Shown: positions 52,279 through 63,180, counted from the stretch's first letter. The stretch: DNA of 64,000 nt from an uncultured Oscillospiraceae bacterium (GCA_944385705.1 CALWYF010000001.1:3118-67117), one strand, 5' to 3'. Numbers and translations: made by a program. The notes: generated from the letters alone by a model not told the origin.

Positions 52279-54666
52279 TTATTTTTCCCTTCTCATGGCT
52301 CTGGCGGCCTTGAGGCCGCCTTTTATCAAATGGCCGTTGAGCATTTCCAGGTAGCCATCCAGAGCCTCCTGGGGCAGCAGTCCGCCGCTCATGCGCTGAA
52401 GCTTGTTATAGGGCATATCCATTATAAACTGGATATTGTTGGCAGCAGTGCTCTTGCCGGCAAGGTTCAGCGCCTTGGAGGCCAGATTCAGAGAAGAATA
52501 GACGAACTTCCCCAGACCCGGCTTTGTCCTGTCACGGCTCACGGTATCCTCCAGACCGGCCGGGGCGCTCCTGTCCCAATTCTCCGGAGGCAGGGGATGG
52601 CCCAGCAATGCGGCAAATTCATCCCCGGGCACGGCCTGGACATTGCCCTGCCAGTAGTGGGGAAGAGAGTCCGTATTCTGCTGCGGCAGCTTTTCGCCCT
52701 CTATCACATGGGATTTGCGCATGCGAATATCCCGGGAGGACGCCCCCACAAGTATCTTATACGTGCCGGGAAATATAACCCAGGCTCCGTCCTCCACGCT
52801 GTAGTGGGCGAAGGCGTGTTCATCCAGGCTGAGGCGCACGAAGCGCTCTTCACCCGGTTCCAGCTCCACCTTGGCAAAGGCTTTCAGCTCTTTTTCCGGA
52901 TGGAACAGGGGGCAGTCCGGGGAGGATACATAGACCTGAACCACTTCGGCGGCCTTTGCCTGACCGACGTTCTTCAGACGAAAACAGAGTTCATTGCCGT
53001 TTATTTCCAAATCGGAATACTCAAAGCGGGAGTAGCTGAGGCCGTGGCCGAAGGGAAAGGCCACATCCCTCTTTGCCGTGTCGTAGTAGCGGTAGCCCAC
53101 ATACAGGCTCTCCCGGTGCTCTGCGCTCAGCTCCCTGCCGGGGTAATAGTTGGCGGTAGGACAGTCGGAATAGCACAGGGGGAAGCTCTCCGCCAGCTTG
53201 CCGCTGGGGGAGATTTTGCCGGAAACCAGGTCGGCTATGGCACCGCCTCCCGCCTGGCCTCCCAGGTAGGCCATGAGTATGGCCTTGGCCATATCCGCCC
53301 AGGGAAATTCCACCGGGGCCCCCCCAGAGAGCACCACGACTATTCTGTGGCCGCAGGTATAGAGAGCTTCCAGCAGCTCCAGCTGATTGTCCGGCAGACG
53401 CATATGACTGCGGTCCCGGCCCTCGCTTTCGCTGCTCTCGTCCAGCCCCAGAAACAGCAGGCTCACATCTGCCTGCTCCGCCAGATCCAGAGCCTGCACC
53501 TTCAGCTTTTCGCTTTTTCCGCCGGTGCGGAGAAAGCCCTGAGCGTAGCCAACAATGTCAAGGCCGCTCTCCTTCAGAGCATCCAGGGCACAGTCCACCC
53601 GGGTGGGGTTTATCAGGGAGCTGCCCGCCCCCTGATACCGGGGCAGGGCAGCAAAGTCCCCGATGACTGCAATACGCTGCCCTTTATTCAGGGGCAGGAT
53701 ATGCCCTTCGTTTTTCAGCAGCACGGCGCAGCGGGCAGCGGCTTCCCGGGCAGTCTGGTGGTGGAGAGAGTAGTTGAAGCGCTTGCCCTTGCCAAGAGCG
53801 GGACGGGTGGCAAAGAGCAGACTAAGGTACCTGTCCACAGCCTCGTCCAGGAGTTCTTCCTCCAGCCGGCCGCTTTTCACGGCCTGTACTATCTGGGCGT
53901 CGGTGACGCCGCCGGAGGAGGGCATCTCCAGACTGCATCCGGCTTTTATTGCGGCCACCCGGTCGTTATTGCCGCCCCAGTCGGTGACCACCATACCCTC
54001 ATAGCCCCACTCATTGCGGAGAATGTCCCGGAGCAGGTGCATGTTCTCGCTTGCAAAGACGCCGTTTACCCGGTTATAGGAAGTCATCAGGCAGCCGGGC
54101 TTGCCTTCGGTGACGGCATAGCGGAAGCCCTCAAGATAAATTTCCCGCAAGGCCCGTTCGTCTACCACCTCGTTCATGCCCATGCGCCCGGTCTCCTGGC
54201 TGTTTACGGCATAGTGCTTCACGCAGGCGGAGACGCCCTGGGACTGTATGCCCCGGACCATGGCCGCCGCCAGCTTCCCTGCCAGGTAGGGGTCCTCGGA
54301 GAAGTATTCAAAGTTCCGGCCGCAGAGGGGGTCCCGCTTTATATTCAATCCCGGGCCCAGCACCACGCTCACGTCCTCCCCGGCGGCCTCCTTGCCTATG
54401 CACCGGCCCACCTCCTCCAAAAGCTCCGTGTCCCAGCTGCTGGCCAGGGCCGAAGTGGTGGGAAAACAGGTGGCGGGGAGACTGCCGTTTAGCCCTAAGT
54501 GGTCGGCTTTGTCCGCCTGTTTCCTCAGACCGTGGGGGCCGTCGGTGAGCATCATCTGGGGGATGCCCAGGCGCTCTATGGCCTTGGTGTGCCAGAAGTC
54601 GGCGCCGGAGCAGAGAGAGGCCTTTTCCTCCAGAGTCATTTGGTCTATGAGCTGCTTATATTCCAT
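52279..54666 (-). CDS. glycoside hydrolase family 3 beta-glucosidase
   Basis: 795 aa; GH3 N- and C-domains (MLTDGPHGLR, VVTDWGG nucleophile region) plus a FnIII-like domain. The antisense 740-aa ORF is a shadow. Confidence 0.9.
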   Translation of the reverse strand: MEYKQLIDQMTLEEKASLCSGADFWHTKAIERLGIPQMMLTDGPHGLRKQADKADHLGLNGSLPATCFPTTSALASSWDTELLEEVGRCIGKEAAGEDVSVVLGPGLNIKRDPLCGRNFEYFSEDPYLAGKLAAAMVRGIQSQGVSACVKHYAVNSQETGRMGMNEVVDERALREIYLEGFRYAVTEGKPGCLMTSYNRVNGVFASENMHLLRDILRNEWGYEGMVVTDWGGNNDRVAAIKAGCSLEMPSSGGVTDAQIVQAVKSGRLEEELLDEAVDRYLSLLFATRPALGKGKRFNYSLHHQTAREAAARCAVLLKNEGHILPLNKGQRIAVIGDFAALPRYQGAGSSLINPTRVDCALDALKESGLDIVGYAQGFLRTGGKSEKLKVQALDLAEQADVSLLFLGLDESSESEGRDRSHMRLPDNQLELLEALYTCGHRIVVVLSGGAPVEFPWADMAKAILMAYLGGQAGGGAIADLVSGKISPSGKLAESFPLCYSDCPTANYYPGRELSAEHRESLYVGYRYYDTAKRDVAFPFGHGLSYSRFEYSDLEINGNELCFRLKNVGQAKAAEVVQVYVSSPDCPLFHPEKELKAFAKVELEPGEERFVRLSLDEHAFAHYSVEDGAWVIFPGTYKILVGASSRDIRMRKSHVIEGEKLPQQNTDSLPHYWQGNVQAVPGDEFAALLGHPLPPENWDRSAPAGLEDTVSRDRTKPGLGKFVYSSLNLASKALNLAGKSTAANNIQFIMDMPYNKLQRMSGGLLPQEALDGYLEMLNGHLIKGGLKAARAMRREK

Positions 54667-54669
54667 ATC

Positions 54670-54948
54670 TCAGCCTCCTATCCTCAGAAGATACAGAGCG
54701 GCCAGTACCTGCACCGCCGCTATAATGGGAAAGCCGATGACGAATTTCATATGCCTGGTCTTGTGGCGAAAGGCGTACATGCCCAGCCAGCCGCCCACTC
54801 CGCCTCCCAGCAGGGCCAGGAGAAACAGCCTGAACTCCGGGATGCGCCGGGCTCCCTGCTTGGCTTTCAGCTTGTCCAGGCCCATGGCCAGCATACATAT
54901 AAGGCTCATGAAACAGAGCCACATCAGATACAGAGCCGCATATTTCAT
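54670..54948 (-). CDS. DUF1294 family membrane protein
   Basis: DKLKAKQGARRIPEFRLFLLALLGGGVGGWLGMYAFRHKTRH signature. Confidence 0.85.
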   Translation of the reverse strand: MKYAALYLMWLCFMSLICMLAMGLDKLKAKQGARRIPEFRLFLLALLGGGVGGWLGMYAFRHKTRHMKFVIGFPIIAAVQVLAALYLLRIGG

Positions 54949-56897
54949 CTGTGCTTTTTACCTCCCGGTCTGGCGTTCTTTTTTGGCTTGGCCTTGGCCC
55001 AGCCCTTTTTGCTCACCGGCTTTTTAGGCTCTGCCGGGGCGGACTTCAGGGCGGGCTTCGCCGCCGACCTGCCGGGAGCTCTGTCCGGCCGCACCAGGCA
55101 CTCAGGACCGTAGCCGATGAGGTCCTCCCGCCCTGCCTCCTTCAGCGCCTCTATGACAAGCTTGCGCTTGTCCGGCCGCTTCCACTGCAAAAGGGCCCGC
55201 TGCATGGCCTTCTCATGGGGCGTCTTTGCCACATAGACCTTTTTCATGGTCATGGGGTCTATGCCGGTATAGTACATGCAGGTGGAGATGGTGCCGGGGG
55301 TGGGATAGAAGTCCTGCACCTGCTCCGGCTGGCGGCCCCGACGGTTGAGGTATTCTGCCAGAGCCACTGCATCCTGGAGAGTGCTGCCCGGGTGGGAGCT
55401 CATGAGATAGGGCACAACATACTGCTCCTTGCTGTAGCGGTCGTTGAGACGGCGGTACTGCTCCATGAACTTTTCGTAGACCCCGATGTGGGGCTTACCC
55501 ATGTAGTCCAGCACCGAGTCGATGCAGTGCTCCGGGGCCACCTTCAGCTGGCCGGAGATGTGGTACTTCACCAGCTCGGAAAAGAAGTCCTGGTTCTTGT
55601 CCTCCAGCATATAGTCGTAGCGAATGCCGCTGCGGACAAAGACCTTCTTTATCCCCGGGATGGCCCGGAGCTTGCGAAGCAAGGAGAGATAGTCGCTGTG
55701 GTCGGCATCCAGGTTCTTGCAGGGGGTGGGGGCCAGGCAGCGCTTGTCCGGGCACATGCCGTATTTAAGCTGTTTTTTGCAGGAGGGATGGCGGAAGTTG
55801 GCCGAAGGCCCGCCTACGTCGTTTATATAGCCCTTGAAGTCCGGCAGTTTTGTAAGAGCCGTTACCTCCCGGATGACGCTCTCGTGGCTGCGGGAGGTGA
55901 CCATGCGGCCCTGATGGAAGGCCAGGGCGCAGAAGTTGCAGCCGCCAAAGCAGCCACGGTTGTGGATGACGGAGAACTTCACTTCCTCTATGGCAGGCAC
56001 GCCGCCCAGAGCCTCGTACATGGGGTGGTACTGCCGGGTATAGGGCAGCTCAGCCACCCGGTCCAGCTCCTTTGTGGACAGGGGCATGGCCGGGGGATTG
56101 ACTACAAGATAGCGCCGGTCGTGCTGCTGGATGATGGCCCTGCCCCGCACCGGGTCGTGCTCTTCGTATTCCACCCGGGTGGCATTGGCATAGTCCTCCA
56201 TGTTGGTGCTAACCGCTTCAAAGGAGGGGACTGTGACGCTGTCAAATTTGCACTCCGAGGGGTCGGAGGCCATGAAGGCGGTACCCCGGATGTCGGTCAT
56301 GGAGGAGACGGGCTGCTTCTTTTTAAGACGCTTCGCTATCTCTATGCTGGCATATTCACCCATGCCATAGACCAGCAGGTCCGCTCCTGCGTCCACCAAA
56401 GCGCTGCGGCGCACCTTGTCCTCCCAGTAGTCGTAGTGGGCAAAGCGGCGGAGGGAGGCCTCCAGGCCGCCGATGATTATGGGCAGGTCGGGGAAGGCCT
56501 CTCTTGCCCGGTTGGCATAGACTATCACCGCCCGGTCCGGGCGCAGTCCCGCCTTCTTGCCGGGGGAGTAGAAGTCCTCGCTGCGCCGCTTCTTGGCGGC
56601 GGTGTAGTGGGCCACCATGGAGTCCAGATTCCCGGAGCCTATCATCACCCCCAGCCGGGGGCGGCCCATGGCCCTGAAGGCCTCGGCACTGTGCCAGTCA
56701 GGCTGGGCCAGTATGGCCACGCGGAAACCCTCCGCCTCCAGCACCCGGGCAATGACTGTGGGGCCGAAGCTGGGGTGGTCCACATAGGCGTCCCCGGTGA
56801 CTATAAGGAAATCGTACCACCACCAGCCCCTGCTCTCCATGTCCTCCTTGGACACGGGGAGAAAGGCAAGGGTATCAAAATCGTCGTATTCTTTCAT
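54945..56897 (-). CDS. ygiQ: YgiQ-family radical SAM protein
   Basis: 650 aa; CFGGCNFC radical-SAM cluster motif, UPF0313-type N-domain, basic C-terminal tail. Confidence 0.88.
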   Translation of the reverse strand: MKEYDDFDTLAFLPVSKEDMESRGWWWYDFLIVTGDAYVDHPSFGPTVIARVLEAEGFRVAILAQPDWHSAEAFRAMGRPRLGVMIGSGNLDSMVAHYTAAKKRRSEDFYSPGKKAGLRPDRAVIVYANRAREAFPDLPIIIGGLEASLRRFAHYDYWEDKVRRSALVDAGADLLVYGMGEYASIEIAKRLKKKQPVSSMTDIRGTAFMASDPSECKFDSVTVPSFEAVSTNMEDYANATRVEYEEHDPVRGRAIIQQHDRRYLVVNPPAMPLSTKELDRVAELPYTRQYHPMYEALGGVPAIEEVKFSVIHNRGCFGGCNFCALAFHQGRMVTSRSHESVIREVTALTKLPDFKGYINDVGGPSANFRHPSCKKQLKYGMCPDKRCLAPTPCKNLDADHSDYLSLLRKLRAIPGIKKVFVRSGIRYDYMLEDKNQDFFSELVKYHISGQLKVAPEHCIDSVLDYMGKPHIGVYEKFMEQYRRLNDRYSKEQYVVPYLMSSHPGSTLQDAVALAEYLNRRGRQPEQVQDFYPTPGTISTCMYYTGIDPMTMKKVYVAKTPHEKAMQRALLQWKRPDKRKLVIEALKEAGREDLIGYGPECLVRPDRAPGRSAAKPALKSAPAEPKKPVSKKGWAKAKPKKNARPGGKKHR

Positions 56898-57988
56898 TAT
56901 TCCAATTCTCCGTAATACCAGCCGGAGACGCCCTTGTGCTTTACGAAGTAGCCCCGGGAGGTGGTCTCCACCACACGGACAGTGTCCCCCGCCTTCAGGG
57001 GCAGCACATAGTCGGTGCAGTCGTTGCAGCCGGTAATATCTTCCTGGGTAAAAAGGTATTTTGTCAGTATATCCATCTCATAGCCGGTGCGCACATGGCG
57101 GCAGCGGGAGAACTCTTCGCCCCGCTGAAGCACCTGCACCTGGCTGTCTCCCCAGCGGATGTAGTAGGAGCGGGAGCTGCCCGCCTGGTCCTTCGGCACC
57201 CGTCGCTCCGGGAAGGGGTCGTAGGCGGCAAAGGAGAAGTCATCGCTGTCCTTGTGGGGAATGATAAGGGCGTTGAGCTGCCCGTCGTCCTTCAAAACAC
57301 AGCCGCCGTCAATGGAGATTATCTTTCGCTTGCGCTCTATGATTGGATTGGCACAGACTATGTTCTCTCCGTAGAGCACCACCGGGTAGTGGCCCACCAC
57401 CGTCCATTTGTCGAAGCTGTCCCCCCGGTCCATAAAGCGGTCTATGCGGTTGAGCTCCCCGGAGCTGTGCATGTTCAGAGGCTTGTACGGAGACCTGCCG
57501 GCGTGGACAAAGGTAAAGTTTTCGCTGTCTATGCCGTCGGGCAGGGAGCGGATGAAATCAAATTCCTTGTCGTAGGCGTGGAGCAGGGGGATATAGGGGC
57601 TGAGGCTGGGGACGGACCGGATGTCCACCCCAAGCAGCCGGAACAGTTCACAGAGGAAGCCCTTGTCCCGCCAGCGGAGATAGCGCAGCAGATGCTCATC
57701 CCCCTCCCGGCCGTGTTCAAAGACCCTGTGCCAGCCGTCGCAGTTGCCCCTCAGGGCATGGACGTTTCCGGCTTTGGACAGCTCCATGATATATCTGAGA
57801 GTTTCCAGGCAGCGGTTCCCCTTTTCCAGAAAGTCCCCGTCGATGATGAGATAGTCCCGGGGGGAAAACTCCGCCAGCTCCAGCACGCCTTTGAAATACT
57901 CAAGATTGCCGTGGATATCGGAGATGACCAGTATCCTGCGGCCGGGCTCAAAGTCCAGCCACTGTATACTGGCCGGAGACTCATTCAT
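56897..57988 (-). CDS. metallophosphoesterase with C-terminal SH3-like domain
   Basis: VISDIHGN, IDGDFLEKG, LRGNCD and FVHAG phosphoesterase motifs. Confidence 0.8.
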   Translation of the reverse strand: MNESPASIQWLDFEPGRRILVISDIHGNLEYFKGVLELAEFSPRDYLIIDGDFLEKGNRCLETLRYIMELSKAGNVHALRGNCDGWHRVFEHGREGDEHLLRYLRWRDKGFLCELFRLLGVDIRSVPSLSPYIPLLHAYDKEFDFIRSLPDGIDSENFTFVHAGRSPYKPLNMHSSGELNRIDRFMDRGDSFDKWTVVGHYPVVLYGENIVCANPIIERKRKIISIDGGCVLKDDGQLNALIIPHKDSDDFSFAAYDPFPERRVPKDQAGSSRSYYIRWGDSQVQVLQRGEEFSRCRHVRTGYEMDILTKYLFTQEDITGCNDCTDYVLPLKAGDTVRVVETTSRGYFVKHKGVSGWYYGELE

Positions 57989-59105
57989 GGCTATGCCTCC
58001 CCAGCTTCTTCTCCATCAGCAGCAGGCAGCCGCTGCTGCCCGGCTCCCGGCCCAGAACTTCAAAGCCCCAGCGCCTGTAGAAATTAATGGCGTCGCCGTT
58101 TTCCTCGGCCACATGCAGGCGCAGGGATTTTCTGCCCAGGTGGGAATACTTCAGCATGGCACGGGACAGGAGCTGTATGCCGCAGCCGGTGTGGCGAAAC
58201 TCCGGCTCCAGGTAAATGAGGCTTATCCAGCCGTAGCCTGCGTGGGCGCCCCGCCGGGTGTCCAGATCCAGAAGGCCGGCGCTGGTATCCTCATAGTAAA
58301 GGTGGGACACCGCCTCCGGATCCGCCAGATGGTGCTCCCGGGCACAGCCAAGATAGGTTTCGGCATTGAAGCCCTTCAAATCCCCGTGGGAGGCCAGCCA
58401 GGCCTGCTCATAGCAGTGCTTGTAATAGGCGCTCTCCGCTGCCGGGTCTATGTATTCATGGCGCAGGTCCGGGCCCTTCATGCCTTTCTGAAGCTCAGGG
58501 GAGAGGTGGCTGTAGTCGTTGAGGTATACTATGGTGAAGTGCCCGTTTTCATACAGGAGCTTTGCCACGCCGGTGTTCATGAACAGAGGCAGGCTCTTGG
58601 TATCGGCAATGTCAAAGCCCCCCACACGGCTTAGCATGCAGCGGATGGTGATGCCGTGGGCAGTTATGACCAGGGTCTGGTCCGGGTGCTTCTCTACAAC
58701 TTCACACAGAGCGGTATAGGCCCTGTCCGCCACCTGGTCATAGGTCTCCGCCCCTGCCAGGTGAAACTTGTGCTGGTCAAAGATGAAGTCGTGAAAATCT
58801 TCTTCATCCTCCCGGCGCAGATTGCCGAAGTATTTTGTCTCCCAGGGGCCCAGGTTTATCTCCCGAAAGCGCCGGTCGGGGATGACGGGCAGATTGTGAT
58901 ACTTGGTGATGGCGGAGGCGGTAAAGCGGGCCCGGTACAGGTCGCTGGAATATATTGCGTCCACATGCACATCCCTGAAGCGCTCTGCCAGAGCGTCCCG
59001 CTGCTGTATGCCTACGGGGGTCACGTCTCCGTCCCAGTGTCCCTGGCACATGCGGTAGAGGTTGCCCTCGGCCTGGACGTGGCGAATTACATAAATTTCT
59101 GTCAT
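57981..59105 (-). CDS. histidine phosphatase (PGM family) fused to GNAT acetyltransferase
   Basis: Start MTEIYVIRHVQAEGN (RHG-type motif) after AGGAGG; C-terminal GNAT core LEPEFRHTGCGIQLL...FYRRWGF. Confidence 0.8.
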   Translation of the reverse strand: MTEIYVIRHVQAEGNLYRMCQGHWDGDVTPVGIQQRDALAERFRDVHVDAIYSSDLYRARFTASAITKYHNLPVIPDRRFREINLGPWETKYFGNLRREDEEDFHDFIFDQHKFHLAGAETYDQVADRAYTALCEVVEKHPDQTLVITAHGITIRCMLSRVGGFDIADTKSLPLFMNTGVAKLLYENGHFTIVYLNDYSHLSPELQKGMKGPDLRHEYIDPAAESAYYKHCYEQAWLASHGDLKGFNAETYLGCAREHHLADPEAVSHLYYEDTSAGLLDLDTRRGAHAGYGWISLIYLEPEFRHTGCGIQLLSRAMLKYSHLGRKSLRLHVAEENGDAINFYRRWGFEVLGREPGSSGCLLLMEKKLGRHSHE

Positions 59106-59258
59106 AACTATGCCTCCTGCTTCTTGACCATTTGCACCGGATACAGTATAATACACTGGATAATATGTCAACCAGTTGCCGGTCCGGAACTGGGGTAAAG
59201 ATAATTCACAGGGCTATTATAACTTGATTTTTTCTGTTAGACAAGAGTGGAGAGAGAT

Positions 59259-59873
59259 ATGGTCAGAGCGGCTGCGCTGGTGTCCGGGGAGGGAGCTGAG
59301 CTCCAGGCTATCCTGGACTCCATGTATTTTCAGGAGATACCGGATTTTGAACTTGTTGCGGTGATATCGTCGCGACGGGATGCCTACGCCATGAAGCGCG
59401 CTCTCAGCGCCGGAGTGCCCGCCTATGTGGTGGACCCGGAGCTGTTTCCCAATATCACCAGCCACAGCATGGCCGTGGCCAACAAGCTGAAAGATATGGA
59501 CATCGAACTGGTGATACTGGCGGGCTATGAGCTGCCTCTGGGGGTCATACCCTACCAGTTCAAAAACCGCATCATCGGCACCTATCCCGCCATGTACCCC
59601 GCCTTTGAGGATGTGGAGGGGGATATCCAGCTGGCAGTGCTGGAGCGGGGAGTGAAGATGACCGGCGCCACCGCCTACTTTGCCGACTCCGACGGCCGGG
59701 TGGGGGGCGTCATCATGCAGAAGGCCATAGAGGTCAAGCCCAACGACGACCCGGAGACCCTGCGCCGCAGGGTGCTGGAGGAGGGGGAGTGGAAGATACT
59801 GCCCCAGTCCGTGGCCCTCTACTGCCAGGGCAAGCTCTCCGTCCGGGGAAAACGTGTGGTCATTGAGGAATAG
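59259..59873 (+). CDS. purN: phosphoribosylglycinamide formyltransferase-like (PurN family)
   Basis: AALVSGEGAELQAILD N-terminus, formyltransferase fold, ~205 aa. Confidence 0.75.
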   Translation: MVRAAALVSGEGAELQAILDSMYFQEIPDFELVAVISSRRDAYAMKRALSAGVPAYVVDPELFPNITSHSMAVANKLKDMDIELVILAGYELPLGVIPYQFKNRIIGTYPAMYPAFEDVEGDIQLAVLERGVKMTGATAYFADSDGRVGGVIMQKAIEVKPNDDPETLRRRVLEEGEWKILPQSVALYCQGKLSVRGKRVVIEE

Positions 59874-60026
59874 AGCGCAAACCCGGTAAACAAGGAACAT
59901 TTTCAAATAATCTTTCGTCAAACAAAACAGATACCATTGGCAGCGAAGCTCCTGAACCCATTGAGGTAAAGGAGGTTTGCTGCATCCGGAGCCGGTAAAG
60001 GGCTGATATTTTGGGAAGGAGATTAA

Positions 60027-60878
60027 ATGAAAATGTCCAAGAAAAAAATGACCATGGCCATATTCTGCGCAGTGTTTTTTGCAATTCTTCTTTTCATCGC
60101 TTTATATGCGGCAGTGTTTTCCCATGATGAGCAGAAAAACGTAGAAGAGCTTCCCACAGCAGCGGAGTCCCCCGTTGGGACAGAGGGAAACTCAATGAAA
60201 TACCAGGATCCTAATGCAGTCAAATCTCTGGTGATTGATTGCTATAGTTTGGAGGAGACGCACCCGGAGCCTGAAACCGGGGCCAGACCAATAGCTTTGT
60301 CGGTGGTATCACAGACAGAGCGGGAATACACAGGTGTTGATGACTGGTATTACAATAATAAATTGTACCTTCCAATGATAGGCATGGAATGGGATATGTT
60401 CTTTGATGACAATTATGTATATCGCTGGATGGAAGAATATGCCCACCCTTCTCTTATCATATGCGACAGGCAGACGGGAATACAGCTGTATGAAGTGGTG
60501 ATAACTACGCACCTGCTGGCAAACACGGCAAACAACGCATACCTGAAAGACGGTGTCCTATATGCCGGATTCATAGGGAAGGCGGACAGCGGCTCCGATT
60601 CCAATTTTATGTTTGCTTATGACCTGGAAAACGACCAGGTCCTCTGGCGCAGCCAGGAGGACACGTACAGCAGCCATAACTTCATTGTAAAAGACGGAGT
60701 GATAATCTGTGGTTTTGGCGGTACGGATGAGCCTGATTATATCTATGAAATCGACTTGAATACCGGAGAAATATTATCGGAGACCACGGTATCCTCCGCT
60801 CCGTATCTGCTGGTTGAATCCGGTGGACAATTGTATGTGAATACCTATGAGAACGATTATGTTTTTGATATGGGCTGA
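60027..60878 (+). CDS. hypothetical membrane-anchored protein
   Basis: N-terminal TM (MAIFCAVFFAILLFIALYAAVF) followed by a beta-rich extracytoplasmic region; AT-richer than its neighbours. Confidence 0.55.
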   Translation: MKMSKKKMTMAIFCAVFFAILLFIALYAAVFSHDEQKNVEELPTAAESPVGTEGNSMKYQDPNAVKSLVIDCYSLEETHPEPETGARPIALSVVSQTEREYTGVDDWYYNNKLYLPMIGMEWDMFFDDNYVYRWMEEYAHPSLIICDRQTGIQLYEVVITTHLLANTANNAYLKDGVLYAGFIGKADSGSDSNFMFAYDLENDQVLWRSQEDTYSSHNFIVKDGVIICGFGGTDEPDYIYEIDLNTGEILSETTVSSAPYLLVESGGQLYVNTYENDYVFDMG

Positions 60879-60925
60879 ACTGGTTTATGACATTTTTTAT
60901 TTTAAAAATAAGGGAATATATATTG

Positions 60926-60956
60926 AAAAAGGAAAGGCTTCGGCCTTTCCTTTTTT
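60926..60956. terminator. bidirectional terminator
   Basis: ggaaaggc-ttcg-gcctttcc flanked by A5 and T6. Confidence 0.8.
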
Positions 60957-60960
60957 GTTA

Positions 60961-61944
60961 TCACGACTCCGGGCTATATTGGGCCAGGAGTATTTCGTCA
61001 TGTATCAGGGCCATGGCCTGCTCCAGCTGCGCCGGGGCGACTTTTACTGTGGCGCAGCAATCCGAGAGCCGGCCGCCGGTAACAGGTATCCCGGCCCGGG
61101 AAAGCAGGATCACCATGGCCGACAGGGCTGAGGCGTCTGCACCTTTACCGGCCAGACTCACTTCGCCCTCGGCGGCGCTGCGGGTGACCCCGGCATAGAC
61201 AGGCCGCTCCGAGTCCTTCATGCGGCAGACTCTTGAGCCCTCCCCGTCCTGGAAGGCCGGCAGAAGCTCTATGTCTATGCCGTTGGCCATGGCCAGCTCC
61301 ACGGACTTGGGGTGGAGCACCTGGGAGCCGTTGCGGGAGAGGGAGAGCATATCCCTGAAGTCTATCCTCTCCAGCTTCACGGCGCTGCCTATTAGCCGGG
61401 GGTCGGCAGTGTAGATGCCGTCCACGTCGGTATATATGCGGCAGCTGTCCGCCTCCAGAGCTGCGGCCAGGGCCACGGCGCTGGTGTCCGAGCCGCCCCG
61501 GCCCAGGGTGGTTATCTCCCCCTGGGAGCTGAAGCCCTGAAAGCCGGTGACCACAGGAACATAGCCCCGGCTCAGGGCCGCCTGTATTTTTCCGGGAGCA
61601 ACCAGGCGTATCTCCCCGCCTCCGTGCTTATCCTCGGTAAGTATGCCGGCCTGCCAGCCGGTGAAGGACTGGGCCTTTATCCCCAGACTCTCCAGCATTA
61701 TGGCCATAAGAGCGGCGGACTGCTGCTCCCCGGTGCTCATCAGAGCGTCCAGCTCCCGCCGGGAGGGCCTGGGACTTATCTTGCGGGCCATATCGTCAAG
61801 GCTGTCCGTTGTGTCCCCCATGGCGGAGACAACCACTACAACATCATGCTCCCGGCACCGGGCCTGGCGGCATATCTCTGCCGCCCGGCGCAGCCTTTCT
61901 ATATCGGCGAGGGAGCTGCCGCCGAATTTTTCCACTATAAGCAT
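60961..61944 (-). CDS. aspartate kinase (short, monofunctional type)
   Basis: Start MLIVEKFGGSSL (KFGG motif) after GGAGGA; TLGRGGSDTSAVALAA and IYTDVDGIYTADPR motifs. Confidence 0.88.
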   Translation of the reverse strand: MLIVEKFGGSSLADIERLRRAAEICRQARCREHDVVVVVSAMGDTTDSLDDMARKISPRPSRRELDALMSTGEQQSAALMAIMLESLGIKAQSFTGWQAGILTEDKHGGGEIRLVAPGKIQAALSRGYVPVVTGFQGFSSQGEITTLGRGGSDTSAVALAAALEADSCRIYTDVDGIYTADPRLIGSAVKLERIDFRDMLSLSRNGSQVLHPKSVELAMANGIDIELLPAFQDGEGSRVCRMKDSERPVYAGVTRSAAEGEVSLAGKGADASALSAMVILLSRAGIPVTGGRLSDCCATVKVAPAQLEQAMALIHDEILLAQYSPES

Positions 61945-62102
61945 GGTAACATTCCTCCAGCGCCGCAATAGCGGCAAGGGACAAAGCCTGAACGCTTTGC
62001 CTACACCATTATATACGCCGGGCTTCTCCGGGGTGCGGAGGAATAAATTTCCATGAAAATGGCTAGAACTCTATCTGAAAAGCTTATGGGGCAGGTGGAG
62101 AG

Positions 62103-63173
62103 ATGCAGCAAAAACTTATAAAATACATTACGGTTCTGGCCTACACCGCCGGGACCATCGGTGGGATATGGCTGGGAGCCAGATACCTGCTGCCCTGGGC
62201 GGCCCCCTTTATCCTGGCCTATGCTGTGGCGGCTCTGCTGGAGATACCTATGAGATTTCTGCTGCGCCACGGCTGGCGGCGCTCCCCGGCGGCGGCCCTG
62301 ATGACCCTGACGGTGCTGGGGCTGCTCAGCTGGGGCGTGGTAAGGCTGAGTATATGGGCCATCAACGCCGTTACGGATTTCGCCCGCCGCACCCCGGAGC
62401 TGATGCTTAAGGTGGGGGACAGCCTGGGGGCCATGCAGGAGAAAATATTCGGCTATGTCCAGGCCGCCCCGGAGGGAGTGGCGGAGTATCTGGAGACCGC
62501 CACGGACGCCCTGTGGGAGGGACTGTACGGCCTGCCGGTGCTTTTGTCTCAATGGGCTCTGGACAGCCTGGGGGCTATGGCTCAGGCCAGCCCGGACATA
62601 CTTTTGTTCATAGTAACCGCCGGAATCGGCACCTACTTCATCTCTGCCACCTATCCCCGCACCACGGCGTTCATCCTGGCCCAGCTGCCGGAGGGCTTCA
62701 AAAACCGGCTGGAGGAGCTGAGAGAGGACATGAAGGGCAGTTTCATCGGCTTTCTCAGAGCCCAGCTGCTGCTGATGCTGCTGACCTTCTTCCAACTGCT
62801 GCTGGGCTTTCTGCTGCTGGGAGTGAAGAGCCCGGTGGCCCTGGCGGCCATAACCGCCGTCATCGACGCCCTGCCCGTTTTCGGCACGGGGATAGTCCTT
62901 GTGCCCTGGGCGGTGTACTCCCTGCTCCTGGGCAGCACCAGACTGGGCATAGGCCTGCTGGTGTGCTGGATGGTAATAAACCTGGTGCGCAGCTGCGTCC
63001 AGGCCAAGCTCATGGGGGATCAGATAGGGCTGGATGCTCTGGCCTCCCTCCTGGCGGTATATGTGGGCTGGCGGGTCTGGGGCGTGTGGGGGATGCTCAG
63101 TTTCCCCATAATCCTGGTGACTTTGCAGCAGCTCAACGACAGGGGAGTGATACGCCTGTGGAAAAGATTATAG
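62103..63173 (+). CDS. AI-2E/YtvI-like integral membrane protein
   Basis: 356 aa polytopic protein with a PerM/YtvI-like C-terminal region (VFGTGIVLVPW). Confidence 0.75.
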   Translation: MQQKLIKYITVLAYTAGTIGGIWLGARYLLPWAAPFILAYAVAALLEIPMRFLLRHGWRRSPAAALMTLTVLGLLSWGVVRLSIWAINAVTDFARRTPELMLKVGDSLGAMQEKIFGYVQAAPEGVAEYLETATDALWEGLYGLPVLLSQWALDSLGAMAQASPDILLFIVTAGIGTYFISATYPRTTAFILAQLPEGFKNRLEELREDMKGSFIGFLRAQLLLMLLTFFQLLLGFLLLGVKSPVALAAITAVIDALPVFGTGIVLVPWAVYSLLLGSTRLGIGLLVCWMVINLVRSCVQAKLMGDQIGLDALASLLAVYVGWRVWGVWGMLSFPIILVTLQQLNDRGVIRLWKRL

Positions 63174-63180
63174 GACGATA

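Noticed and set aside
60027-60878. AT-richer membrane-anchored ORF considered as a small genomic islet
   Set aside because: No flanking repeats, mobility genes or tRNA are present. A single gene with a modest compositional difference is not enough to call an island.
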